Assembly: GCF_036321535.1 (NCBI RefSeq)
Contig: NC_087445.1
Span: 8,620,001 to 8,684,000 of the forward strand
Source of the DNA: Camelus dromedarius
Taxonomy: Eukaryota
Direction of reading: 5' to 3'
DNA length: 64,000 bases
A program made the translations under genes and the position numbers. The notes under the pieces were generated by a model, which saw nothing but the letters and a program-made list of their open reading frames with translations, was not told the DNA's origin and ran no database searches. How positions within the stretch are numbered: position 1 is the first letter of the stretch; every line of letters starts with the position of its first letter. Below, in pieces: positions 25,910 through 38,439 of the stretch.

Positions 25910-26680
25910 TTTTAAAAAATTTTTTCCTGCTGTTCAGCATATTGTTTCAGTCATACATATACATATATATATACTTGTTTTCATGTTCTTCATTATAGGT
26001 TACAAGATATTGAATATAGTTCCATGTGCTATACAGTAGAAATTTGTTGCTTATTTATTTTATATATAGTAGTTAGTATTTGCAAATCTTGAACCCCCAG
26101 TTTATCTCTTCCTATCCACTTTGCCCCCTGGTAACCATAATTTTGTTCTCTGTGTCTGTGAGTCTGTTCCTGTTTTGTAAGTTCATTTGTGTTTTGTTTT
26201 TAGATTCCACATATCAGTGATATCATTTGCTACTTACTTTTCTTTCCCTTTCTGGCTTACTTCACTTAGAATGATGATCTCCAGGTCCTTCCATGTTGCT
26301 ACAAACAGAATTATTTTATTCTTTTTTATGGCTGAGTAATACTCCATTATATATATTCCATTTTATATATATATATGTATGTATATATGTATGTATATAT
26401 GAGATATATATCTCATATATATATATCACATCTTCTTTATTCATTTATATGTTGATGGACATTTAGGTAGTTTCCATGTCTTGGCTATTGTAAATAGTGC
26501 TGCTGTGAACATTGGGGTGCATGTGTCTTTTCGAGTTATACTTTGCTCCTGATATATGCCCAGGAGTGGGATTGTTGGATCACTTGGTAACTGTTTTTAG
26601 CTTTTTAAGGAACCCCCATACTGTCCTCCATAGTGGCTGCACCAGATTACATTCCCACCAACAGTGTAGGAGTTACCCTT
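25910..26680 (-). mobile_element. 5'-truncated lineage-recent L1
   Basis: Near-identical to the other L1 3' ends in the window (ccatgtcttggctattgtaaatagtgctgct, acattcccaccaacagtgtagg); internal TA-rich expansion at ~26345-26426. Confidence 0.92.
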
Positions 26681-26753
26681 TTTTGCAGACTTGTTTTTGT
26701 TTCCACTTTACTCATAGAAGCTTATTCTTAAAAAAGTTTTCATCTCCAAGAAC

Positions 26754-26860
26754 TTTCTTTTCTTCTTTCCTTCCTTCCTTCTTTCCTTCCTTCCTTTCTT
26801 CCTTCCTTCCTTTCTTCCTTTCTTTCTTTCATTCTTTCTTTTCATTCTTTCTTCTTTCTC
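26754..26860. repeat. Degenerate (TTCC)n/(TTTC)n polypyrimidine repeat
   Basis: Read directly from the sequence. Confidence 0.95.
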
Positions 26861-27880
26861 ACCAAGATGCTGCTCTCTGGTTTGCTCCTGTGAATCCTGT
26901 GGGGTCAGAATGACTGCTGTGTTTGAAGTTACTGCATTCAAATGTACCTATGGTGCAACAGTCCTCATAGAAATAGAAGATGGCCTGTTATGTATCATTA
27001 AGGTCACTAGGGCTGCCTTCCTACACCTTCTTCCAATGTTACCTTCCTGAATACAATTGGATACAGATGGTTGCAGTATGTAGTACTCATTCTTGCTTCC
27101 TATTCTGATGTTTCCTTTCAGCAGTTACCAAGTTTTAGAAGATGTTGCATTATTTACACTCTCGTATCTTAAATAGCAAACACCTTTCTTTTTCAGGGTC
27201 TGTAAAATTCTCTAATAGACTTCTTAACTAAAGAATTCAAAAGGTCTCACCCTCTAGGAGTTTAAATAAAGCCCAAGTAAAATTCGTATTCTAATATTTA
27301 GAATAAAATGGTATATATCTTCAGCTCTTCACAGCATAATCCATTGAGACAGAATCTCTTCACTTCTTGTTGCAAAATTCATATTTGCTAAAAATGAATA
27401 GCTTCCAGGAGTTGTAATAAAGACTTAGACAGTCCGTGCTTCTTAGCATGTGCATCTTTTGAAAATAGGGCAGCTAGGTTGAAGGGTTAACAAGTGAAAT
27501 TCAAATGATGTTATAATACTCATCATATTTTGCTCTTTAGCACGAGGGAAAATTTATAAATTTGGTACCGAGGCAGCCAAATAAATCTACACCAGTTATA
27601 ATCACCATGCTCTATTTGTATTACCCCTGGAGACTTCAAGTTTGGTTTCACAAACTTGGAGTGTTGGGATATTTTTCAAAAAGCCCATGAATGAAAGTGC
27701 TTATTTGACATGTCATTACTGCTCTATTGGTCATTTAAAAGAAAAGTTATTTTTCATTTGCATAGCTGCCTGGGTGTGCTGTTCCAATGATATGCCGCCT
27801 GGATGCCTGCATTTGCAACAGTGTTAGAGTCGTTGTTAATGTATGCTTTCCTGTGCACAGATGGGAGAAAAGCCCTGGCT

Positions 27881-28041
27881 TTTTCTTTTTTAATAGCTTT
27901 GCTTTATAGTTTTTTTTTTGGGGGGGTGGGGGATAGATAATTAGGTTTACTTATTTATTTCTAGGGAAGGTATTGGGGAATGAACCCAGGACTTCATGCA
28001 TAGTAAGCAACCACTCTGCCATTTGAGCTGCACTCTTCCCC
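27881..28041 (-). mobile_element. Camelid tRNA-derived SINE (Vic-1-like)
   Basis: Minus strand reads ggggaagagtgcagctcaaatggcagag (A box)...cctgggttcattcccc (B box)...aaataaataagtaaacctaatta...cccc + A tail. Confidence 0.85.
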
Positions 28042-28194
28042 AGACTAGGCTGTTTTTAAACCTGATAGATTTTGAGAATCTGGAATGTAATTTGAAGCTC
28101 AGAGTCTTAGGGTTGGCCTAAGTTCAGCTGCTGGCCAGTCACAACAAATTTTCTACAGCAAAAATCTTGCACAAGAAGTGATTTTTGAGGCAAC

Positions 28195-28405
28195 AGAGCA
28201 GAAGGGTTAAGTGTGAGGCTCCAAACCAGATAGGCTCAATTTCCAGTGTGGGATCTGTCACTTATCAGCTGGGCACGTTGCCTAACCTTGCTGTGTTTCT
28301 GTGTCCTCATGTGTAAAATGGGAATGATGGTGCCAGTCTCATAATGTTGTAAAGGCTACAGAAGATAATACACGCACAGCAGTGAGTGCTGTGCTCAGTA
28401 AGTAT
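28195..28405 (+). mobile_element. MIR SINE
   Basis: ggttaagtgtgaggctcc...ctgtcacttatcagctg...cctcatgtgtaaaatgggaatgat. Confidence 0.75.
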
Positions 28406-28610
28406 TCCTGTGCAATTGGCTGCAGCTGGAATTGAAGCTACCTGGGTTCTCTTGAAGGCAACACATCTATAAGTCATCTGCTGAGGTCTCTGAGGGGAAT
28501 TTTTCTCTACATTGAAAAAGTGTTACCTGCATAATCATCTCTGTGGCAGAATTTCACCTACCAGGAGGAAGCATTGTCCCCAAGGGTTAGGGCCATGCTA
28601 AAGCTATCTA

Positions 28611-28732
28611 CAGTTATCCCTTGGTATCTGCGGGGGATTGGTTGCAGTACCCATCGTGAATAGCAAAACTCACGGATACTGAACAGTTGGCTGAATCCAG
28701 ATGCAGAACCAGGGGATGTGGATGGCTGACTG
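28611..28732. mobile_element. Internally deleted MER2-like Tigger MITE (~120 bp)
   Basis: ta|cagttatcccttggtatctgcgggggattggtt...ttggctgaatcc...gcagaacc...ggatggctgactg|tg; both termini are present. Confidence 0.75.
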
Positions 28733-29254
28733 TGTTAGGAACTGAGGTCCCAGGCCTTCCCCTCCACAAGGACCAGTCCACATTCCTGTCCTGACACAGC
28801 AGCTCTTAGGGAGATGACAGTCCATTCATCAGGAGAGCAAATTCCCCATCACGCTGGCTGGGTCTCTGGAGTTAAAGCTTAAATGGCTCACACAGTCACT
28901 TCCTCTGAGTGCAAGCCTGTCCCAGGAGAGCTGAACTGGGTGGCCTCCCTTTTTCTCTGTCCTTTCAGTACCCCAGCCCTGTCTCAGATTTAGAGCTGGA
29001 GCTGGTCTGCAGCCTTTTTTGTGATGCTAGTGTCACTTTAGTTTAGGGCCCCCACTTCCCTTATTTGCCCCTGCCTATTGGTTAGCATTGTCTTGGCCTC
29101 CTCCAGTACATTTTCTTAATTTTGAATCTCAGGATCTCAGTTTCTTCCCTTCCAGGAGGTTTCTTGGCTCCAAAGGCAAATTCGTATGCCTCTGCATAGA
29201 AACCTCATGCTCCAATTCATCCATCACCTACATTTTAAATTATTTCACCTACTT

Positions 29255-29405
29255 GCCAAATAACTATTATGTGAGGGAAACCTTATTATCTCTATTTTAT
29301 AGTTGAGGGAGTTGAGCACCATTCAGTTACACATCCAGGTCATCCAACTGATAACTTAGAGAGTGGGGACCCGACCTCAGTTGTGATAAATCTAGTTACT
29401 GGTCT
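29255..29405 (-). mobile_element. MIR fragment
   Basis: ttattatctctattttatagttgagggagttgag...ccaggtcatccaactgataa. Confidence 0.6.
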
Positions 29406-29904
29406 TCAGAAATACAGAAGCCTGTCATAATTAAAGTAACACTGTATGTATAAGAAATACAGCTGCCTGCTCTTCTGTTTTCATTAGAGAATTTTAAGAT
29501 AATAATTTTTGCCTTTTACTGAAGTATTGTCAGTTAAGATAATATTGTTTTTTAAATAAGCAGGCTGTCTGGCCAAATCAGAAAAGTATCAACATTAACA
29601 GAGTATATAAAACATAGTGATTTGCATTGATAGAGACACGTTTAAAGAAGTAACACCAGAATACTCTAGTCAAGCCCTATTGAACGTCAGTCTAGTCTTC
29701 TACCCTCTGCTTGGAAAAGAATTATTTGCTCTAACTCTCCTTGTGGGACTTCTTACTCCAGAGTCCAGGGCTCCCTTGACTTAGTGACCTAAGTATTTGC
29801 CCAGGCCTCAGTCTTCTCCATCTCCATCATAAAGTTGGGTACAGAAGATTTATGGGTTATAGCCGATGAGAACAAAATCATTTTTAGCTTTCCTGTTTTG
29901 CTGG

Positions 29905-30030
29905 CTAGTATAACATGTGGGAAAGAGTACAGATTCGAAGCCTGTCAGGTATGGATTCATAATTTACTTTTTCCCAGCTTAGGCAAAATTACTTAAACTC
30001 TCAGAGCCTAGGTTCCATATTTGTAACAAA
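29905..30030 (+). mobile_element. MIR fragment
   Basis: cttaggcaaaattacttaaactctcagagcctaggttccatatttgtaa. Confidence 0.6.
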
Positions 30031-31314
30031 CAAAAAAAATGATTTGAGATAAGTCACTCTGTTCATAAGTCACTCTTCTAGAAACTGAATCCTTGTTTGC
30101 TTGATTCCTAAGCCAATGTTTGGTCCCCTAGACCACACTGCCTCCTAGGGTCTCACTCTGGCTCTTGTGAACTAATTTAAAAAAAAGAAAATTATGAGGT
30201 GGCAACTCAAAGTCTGCCACAGTCCTTGTCCTGGGAGTCATGCCCCTCTTAATACCTTAGATTAGATACTAAATTACTTGATATAGAATGTGAAGTTTTG
30301 AGTGGGTAAATTTTCCTTGTTAAAGGATTTGTAGGTATGCTCGATTTTCAAAGGAGAGCTTGTTAAAACCAATTCCTTGTAATCTCAGATATCTCCTTAG
30401 CTCCAGTGGTGAATAACCAATGAATGAACAGGGAGGAAGTAGATCCAGTAATTTCTTGTAGTGCCTGGTTTGGGTTCCAGTCCCCGAGGAGACTGATATC
30501 CGGAGAACTTACCCTAAATCAATGTTCATTTGGAGCTTGAGGCCATCCCCCAACACTGGCCAGGTCAGGTTCATTCTAGCAACATCCTTTATCAAGGTCA
30601 TACATAGATGAATGGATATTAACATTTGAATATTAAATATGAAGGATTTGTAAAGAATGGAGAGAAAGGATGTCTGGCAGAAAGAGCAGGCTTTGCAGGA
30701 TGTAGTGGAATTTCATAAAGACATTGGTAACGGAGCACAGATCCTCTTGTGCTTCATGTTTCTGATGCAGAGCGACTGCCTTTGGAAGAGGAAGGTGGCC
30801 GGTGGGGGTTGGAAGGGGGGGTGGAATTGACGGTCCAAGTGCGCATTGCTGGATAGTGGTGAGCACTGGCAGGGGGCTGGGAATATCGACATCTACCTGA
30901 GGTCTGTTCTGCTCACCTCTAGACCTGCCAGTAATCCCCTACCTGCGAATGATTTGTTTTTGTGGAATTTTTTTACCTTGGGGCAGGGGGACAGTATACT
31001 CTTATAGTGTGAAAGGGCATGTCTGTTGATGCTGGCGACATCATGGAATTTACAGAACAAACAGCAGTATCGTCTGTGTCACAGGAGACTGTAAACTGGC
31101 TGGGATCTCATCAAGATATTTTGAAAATGGAGAAAGTCCATTTTTTGACACTTAAAGAACTAGATGATACGTACTTTTTAATAATCAAAGTAGTCCATCC
31201 CTGTTCATTTTTTTAGAGCTTTACTCTCTACCTAGCCTAACAGAATAATTTGCTCAAGCCACATGAAGAGAAGTAAAATAAGGCAAATTCTTTTACTTGA
31301 ACTGAGAAAGGGAA

Positions 31315-31540
31315 CTAATGTTTAGCAAGTGCCGATGATAAGACATGCTCTAAAAAAAGAATGGTCACATTGTAATCCTAGTGAATTCTCACAATCCTGT
31401 TCTTGTATGAAGCCCAGAGTGGAAATAACAAAACAGAGAGGTAAGTCAGGTTCTCCTGTGATACACAGCATGTAAGCAACAGAGCCAAGAGTCCAGCCCA
31501 GCTCCCTAACTTCCTGTCCAGTGAACTCTCCATTGCTTGA
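31315..31540 (-). mobile_element. MIR fragment
   Basis: gaattctcacaatcctg...acagagaggtaagtc...acacagcatgtaagcaacagagccaag. Confidence 0.6.
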
Positions 31541-32705
31541 TACTTGATTAAGTAGAATTCCAGAAGGAGGGGGCTATTCCCTGTGGAACTGAATACAGGA
31601 ATTAACACTACAAGAAGAACTGACCAGCAGTTTAATACGGAGCAAAGTTTCACATAAAGCCCCTGCTCAATTGTACCAAATTGAGTTTTAAAGGCATTCC
31701 TATTTTGATAGTGTATCAAACTGGAAAGCTATGAAAATGACACCGCATTTTCCTACTATGGGATTATCTACCATTATAACAACTGATGAATGAATATTTC
31801 ATGGGCAGAGTACCTTAAAATACAGTAGCAACAGGTTATCACAGTTATTATCTATTCACTCAAATTCTGTTTACTGATAGTCTCTCTATATCAGCTCTGT
31901 AGTAGGTGCTGGGGAAACCAGTGTGGAAAAATACAGACTTAGTCAAATACATATTATATAATGGAAAAGCACATATCCTTTTGAATATTTCTATTTTCTG
32001 ATAACATAAATTATCCTTAGTGATTACGAGGGCTTTGAAGGAGGAGTCCTCACCTCATGCAAGCACAGGAAATAGCAGTGCAATGCTATAAATTTGAGCT
32101 CAAAGGCCAGAATAAATGCAAAACAAGGCAACTGCCATTCATTCAGTGTTTATCTTTATCTCTCACAGTGCCAAGAGCTGTAGGGATGTGAATGTAGCAG
32201 ATTTCAAATCTGCAGTTTGAACAAACAAAATGAGTCATGGATTTCCACTGTGTAGTGCCCTGTATAAAAAGACAGTAGGCTAATATTTAATTAATTAAAC
32301 CCATATTAATAAAAAAAACTTTAAGAGGGGAGAGATTGTGACTTTTCAATAATCACACGCTGCCACTGAGGACAACTGGAAATGTAGACTAGTTCAAAAT
32401 GCATGTGTTTGAAAGCACTTCAGGCATGCTTCAAGTTGAACCTGATTCTCACCTTTACAAAATCTGCCCAATTTTATGTGGCAAATCTTGACAATGAGAT
32501 GCTGAACAGAACTTTGGGAAGTCTCTTCTGGTGTGAATAGAATTTGTAAAATCAAAATGATTTACAATGGGCTGAGCAAAATTTAAGAAACATAGCCAAT
32601 ACCTACATGTATGCTGGAAAAATAATAATTATTTTATTTTAAAAAATCCCAAACTTATGAATATGCAGGAGCATTCATCCCCCTGTGCTCCCCATATCTC
32701 CCCAG

Positions 32706-32776
32706 TTTTTTTTTAACATTTTTTTATTGGGTTATAGTCATTTTACAATGTTGTGTCAAATTCCAGTGTAGAGCAC
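32706..32776 (-). mobile_element. Very short young L1 3' end
   Basis: ttttttaacattttttattgggttatagtcattttacaatgttgtgtcaaattccagtgtagagca; same 3' type as 21506-21671. Confidence 0.85.
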
Positions 32777-33079
32777 TATTTCCCAAACAGTTATGTTACA
32801 AAGAAGAAATGCCAGGCTATCTCCAGCTAGTTTATTATGTTAACTTTATAAAAATATGTATTTTCTTTGTAAATGAAAATACTAATTTATAAGTAATTAT
32901 TATTAAAAGCCACGCAAAACTGGAAAACTAATGGCAGGCTATATGATGGACTAAGGGCTGGTATTCTATATTATGAATTTTGACAAAGTATTCCTGGGAA
33001 AAGCAGATATCTTTCTGAATGAAGAAAATTTTGCAACAAGAAATTGGAAATCACAACAGGAAAAATGCAAATGGCAGTT

Positions 33080-33830
33080 AAATAGCAAAACCTCAACAAA
33101 TGCTTTTAAAAAAATGGATGAACAAATGAAATATTTTATCAGCAATAAATTTGGCACAAAATAGGCACTCAATAAATATTTTAAGTGGAAAATGCATAAG
33201 CAAATTTACACTGGCAATAGATCTAAAAATGCAAAATAAAGCAGCAGATATAGTTTTGTTTTTTTTTAATGTGTCAAGACAAAACATATTTTCATGTTAA
33301 TATCCAATACTAGCAAAAGAGAGAAAAAATTGACATCCGCAGATGAAGCAATCTATTGCATCCTCAGAATACAATCTATTAAAAATACTATGTATTTTCA
33401 TGTATTTATGACAACCTTACAATCTTTAGGAACCACAAATTCCATTTATTTTATAAAGATGTGCATGAAAGCACATTCAGTGGAAGATAACTCATAACAG
33501 ATTCAATTTAGGAAGAATTTAAATGTCAAACAAGAGATTATTTAAACAAACTTGTGTAGTCAGAGCTTTGGATATTTAAAGATGCTGAAAATCTTCACAA
33601 GATAATATTAAATGAAAAGTAAAAGTAAGGACAACATAGTCTTAATTATAATTTATTTGCATATATTATATGCATCCATAAAGACTGGAAAGTTAAATAT
33701 CTTCATGTGATCTGTATTTACATCTGGATCATGGAATTACTGTTGGTTGTGTGCATGCGCAAGGTTTTTGTGTCTTCCAAATTTTCATAATGAACATATT
33801 TTACTTGGGTAATAAAAAGAGATACCTTTA
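33080..33830 (+). mobile_element. Ancient L1ME-type 3' fragment
   Basis: Degenerate L1 3' landmarks (aattccattt, aatttaaatgtc, tttccaaattttcataatgaacatattttacttgggtaataaaaa). Confidence 0.55.
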
Positions 33831-35459
33831 TAAATGTTATAAATGTAGAATACAATAAAACAGAGAATGGTGAGGTGGACAGAATTTCAACGCGTGTTTG
33901 TGTTTATTTTCTCAGGATTGCCTGAGGCTCTGCTGATATGTAGACACATTACACATTACATTACACATTACATGTTATGCTTAAGTGGTTGATGGATTTG
34001 CATGTGAAATGAGTTCTTCAAATGCCCATACAGATCATGATCCCCAATTGCCACAAGGTAAAGAAGTCATCTTTGGAATTGTGAGAGTTGACGTTACTGA
34101 GCCAGAGTTAGAACCAGGCAACATCCAAAGAAAGCTGTGTGGGTTATAACATTTCAGCCACACAACAGGTCTGAGGGGTGGGTGTTATGATCACACCCAT
34201 TTTTCAGATGATGAAATTTGGACTTAAAGAAATCAAGTGCATTTTGAAGTTGAGTAGCTAGTACCTGGGAAAGGCTGGCTTTTCTGAAGCCTCCACGAGG
34301 AATGCCCATGGAAAGTCTTTTTCTTTTGGAAATCTAGTAAATTCACTTCCTTCACTTTTTTCAAACTTGAGGCTAATTATGCAGCCTGTCCAAAGAGAGC
34401 TGACAGAGAACCTGTGCTGTCTTTGGAGACTGGAGGAGACTAATCCAAACTGACATGGCTGTCTCTGATCACTCTGACCTGGAATTCATGGAGGGAGACT
34501 GACTCTGAAGCCGATTTGCTCGGGAACTGCACATCGGAGACACTGTCTTGTCAAAGTGCTGTCAGATCCTGCCAGGCCTCTCCACAGTTCATTCCAAGAG
34601 ACACCTGCCAAAATAATGGACCAGCAATCTGGCAGTCTCTCGATCACATGAGGAAGAAAAGTGTCTCTTATGCAGAGCTACTGTATTCTTATTTTTAACA
34701 TTTTAAGTGTGGTAACCAATTCTCCCTACTAAGTCAGAAGGGCTAAGGACATGAGGTTCAATCCTGTGTGCATTTCTTACGAATGGCTTCTTGTTTGGAG
34801 AAAATGTTGTCTTCCTTGGGAATAAATATTGAAGTTTCTCAACTCAAGTGTTTATAACCGCTGAGTTTCTCCTTCTGATGGAGTTGGATAATTAGTCGTT
34901 GCTACATTAGTATCAGAGCATACTACACTATTGAACTGAGGGTGTCTGAGTTTACAAAGCTATATATAATATTATTTTCCTTTCTTTTTTGAAATTAATT
35001 TGCTCAGGTCAGTTAAAGTCCCAGGAAACTTGAAAAGAAAAAAGAAAAAAAAAAACCCTACATAATAGCTGAAAAAACAAACAAAAGCAGACATGTGTTC
35101 TCTCCTGGACTCATTCAACTGAAAATTTACTGTATTAGGTGCTGGTGATACAAAGATGGATAATCCAAGGAGCTTGTTCAGCAGGAGCCAAGTCCAAATA
35201 AAGACACACAGACTGCACACCTGTAATTAACATACCCTGTAACCTCAAACCTTGTTTACGATGAGGGCGTTTATAAGCACATACATACACACAGCAGTGA
35301 AAAACTTAAGATAGAGAAGAAGTAGGGTCCCTTAACCATTTGAGGAACGTAAGGAAGGCTTCTTATGAAGGCAGAGGAGGAAGAGGTGGAGGGTTGGGGA
35401 AGGGGAGAGGGAGGGAGGGGGAAGGTAGGGTATGTTTTTCCTATAGGGCAGTTAGGCCA

Positions 35460-35830
35460 GATGCATTCAGATCCTTTCTAAGGATATGCATATCCTTGGA
35501 TCCAGAAACTCTTCCTTTAGGAATTTATGTTAAGGAAATGGTCCTGGATATTCACAAAGATTTAGCTACATTCCACTCTTACTTAGAGTAACATAGAATT
35601 ATAAATAAGGAATATGGTTGAAATAATGGTTTTAATATGACATAACCATGAAACAAATATTATTCTACTATTAAAAAATGCTTGAAAAGAATAGATAATA
35701 GCATGGAAAAATAATAAATAGCCTAAAAGTGAAAAAAATGTGCCCTATTATAATGTCACTCCTGTGAAAAAATATAAAGTACATTTGCACTCTTATTTCT
35801 GAATGTTCTCCATTCAAAGATGCATGCTTT
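35460..35830 (+). mobile_element. Ancient L1ME-type fragment
   Basis: atatgcatatccttggatccagaaactcttcctttaggaatttatgttaaggaaat is typical of the L1ME ORF2 end. Confidence 0.6.
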
Positions 35831-36162
35831 GTCTGAATTGGTGAAATCATGCTGTGTCTTATAATCGATGTCAAAACAGTTTTGGTAGCTGCCAAGCCAG
35901 GGAGTGTGTCGAGATGTGGTTGTTTTCTGCCCACGTGGGAACCTCATGGTGTCTGAGGGGAACTTGCTGATTGATTATCACTTTAGTTGTGTTCATTGGT
36001 AATGTCTCAAGTATTTATAAGTTAAATATGGATTCTTTTGTTGCTGAAAATATTTTCCAAATATTGCAGTGGGATGAAACATTGAAATTAGTAGTTGTTC
36101 ATACAGCAGACAGCCTGTCACACATGAAGTCATACAATTAGGATCCTTGAAATTTTCTAAGA

Positions 36163-36362
36163 GAGTATATATTCTCAACACACATGCATACACACACACA
36201 CAGACACTAAAAGGTAACTGTGAAATGATGGATGTGACAATTAACCTGATTCTGATTGTGGTAATCATTTCACAGTGTATATGTCTATCAAATGGTCATC
36301 TTACAGATATATATATATAGTTTCATGTGCTAATTACACCTCAGGAAAGCTAAGGGAAAAAA
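36163..36362 (+). mobile_element. L1MA9/10-like 3' end with degenerate TSD
   Basis: ggtaactgtgaaatgatggatgtg...gattgtggtaatcatttcacagtgtatatg...aattacacctcaggaaagct; flanks aggatccttgaaattttctaaga / aggatcctggaattttcaaaga. Confidence 0.8.
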
Positions 36363-38295
36363 AGGATCCTGGAATTTTCAAAGATGTCATTCAGGTGCCA
36401 AATATCATCTGTTGAAATTTTCCATCAGGCTTGCAAGGAAAACTTTAAAAAATTCTGCACGGTCAGTCTATTAAAATGAAACAAAATGAAACAAAACTAG
36501 GCCTTTACTGAATTTGGAAATGGAATCAAAACTCCAGTATTCTTTGATCGTTCTTGAAATTGCACTAGTGATCATAAAGGCCCTCAAAATGGTGAAGCAC
36601 CTGATCCGGAATTAAGAAAAGCAGCGTGTCTCCATGATGCTCACACCACGGGCTGCAGCCCAAGTGATTCACGTAGTTTTTAGTTTCTGAGTTTGAAGGA
36701 GGTTTAGATTCAAACTTTGTGGTATGAAAGAAGAAAATGTTATAAATATGTATTAATGTATTCAATGTTTTCCTCTGCAAAATTTTTCCTCTGTGTTAAA
36801 ATGTAAAATTTCTTTTTTCCCCAAAAGCTGCTACTGAATCATTAACTGGTGTTACATAAAATGGCATATTAGAATACAGGTACGAGCATTAAGAAAATAT
36901 AATATACTTTATTTATTATACTCAATACATAGGCAGTCATAACTTCTTCACACCCACATAGACAAAATATTGTAATACCATACACCAAAAATTTGATTAT
37001 ATCTCACAATTAAAATTTAAATTAATTGTTCAGTTTTTCCTTTTCTCCTTCATAGTGCTCGAAATTACTTTTACAACTGAGCTTTTCAAGTTAATACTTA
37101 TCTAATCTTTTTTAAAACTGATATTCTCTTATAAGCCAGCCTTAGTTTTTATTTCATGCTTCTACCTTATAACATCACTTTGATCCCTTATTTCATGGTT
37201 TCTATTTCTGAAGTTAAAAAACTATGTTCTTCCTGTAACACTTGATTGTTGCATTTCCCTCCTCTCACAGAGAATAACATTTTGCATTTTCTGCTTACTC
37301 ATCTTTAAATAGGAACAGAGAACTTATATGTGGTATTCATCTAAAAATTTCTCTGTGGGTTCCCTCTTTGTTCAAACTGCTTTGGCAACATGATCTTGTC
37401 TGCTCTGCAGTCTGTATAGGAAGTGGAGAGGAGACTGGGCCAGCTCAGCGTGGCAGGCTCATTTGTCTTGGTGGGTGCCTGGCTGTCCCTTGATGTCTCT
37501 GGGACAAGGGGCTGGCTTTCTGTTCATCATTCCAAAGCCCCAGTTTAGAATTCAAGTGTAGCAGATCTGACCTCCCTTCTCAGTGCCCCTGTTTTCCCAT
37601 TGGACTTGATGGTGTTGCAAAACACATTTATAAATTTTCAAATTTTAAGCCATCCTCACATCCCTGAGATGAACTCTACTTGATCTGGTAGATTGGTCTT
37701 TTAATGTCCTGTTTAAATTATTTTCTGGTATTTTATTTACAAATTTTCTTTCTACATTCCTAAATGAGTTTCGTCTCTGTTTATTTACATCTGCTGATTG
37801 CCACATTTTAGCTTCAAGGTTTTTCTAGTTTCAGAAAATGAATCGAATAGCCTTTCATCTTTTCCTGTGCACTAAAGAAAATTAAACAGAAATGAAATTG
37901 TCTGTTCTTTGAAAATATGAAATAAATTGCCCTTGAAGCTACCAAAGGATCTTGTGTCAGTTATTGAAATAACTATTTTTATATGATTTTAAGATATATA
38001 GACATATAGGAGACAGAGATATATGGATGTAGATACAATCAAGGAAGAAATTCAGTTCATAATAATGTTAAGTTGCTAGTTTTGTTGAAATCATTTTGTG
38101 TGATTTTTTATTTGTTTTTCTTTTTTCTCTATGCTTTCCAAATGATATATTACTAGCATGTTACAGCTATAACAGAAAGTTAAAATATATTAATTAAGCT
38201 TATAGTTTTCTGTATTAACACAACTCAGATATGCTTTCTGAACCTTCAAAGTAACAATTCCCATCAATTTTCAATTTCATGCAATATTGAAATAC

Positions 38296-38323
<28 letters not shown>
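38296..38323. repeat. (GT)14 microsatellite
   Basis: Read directly from the sequence. Confidence 0.98.
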
Positions 38324-38326
<3 letters not shown>

Positions 38327-38439
38327 GCAGGGTGCTAAATTTATTCTGCAGAACTTGGCATATAAAGAGTTTCTTTTCACAAAATCAACAATCAAGAAAA
38401 CTTCATTAAAATCCTTAATACATAAAAATAATTCATTTT

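Noticed and set aside
26512..26941. 133-aa F/S-rich and 77-aa K/R/E-rich ORFs
   Set aside because: Antisense L1 sequence plus translation of the (TTCC/TTTC)n repeat.
27960..28041. tRNA-like A and B boxes
   Set aside because: SINE head with an AT-rich tail and no intact cloverleaf; not a tRNA gene.
33916..34057. Acceptor/donor pair (ttttctcag|...CAAG|gtaaag)
   Set aside because: Stops in all frames and contains an (ACATT)-type simple repeat; probably a pseudo-exon.
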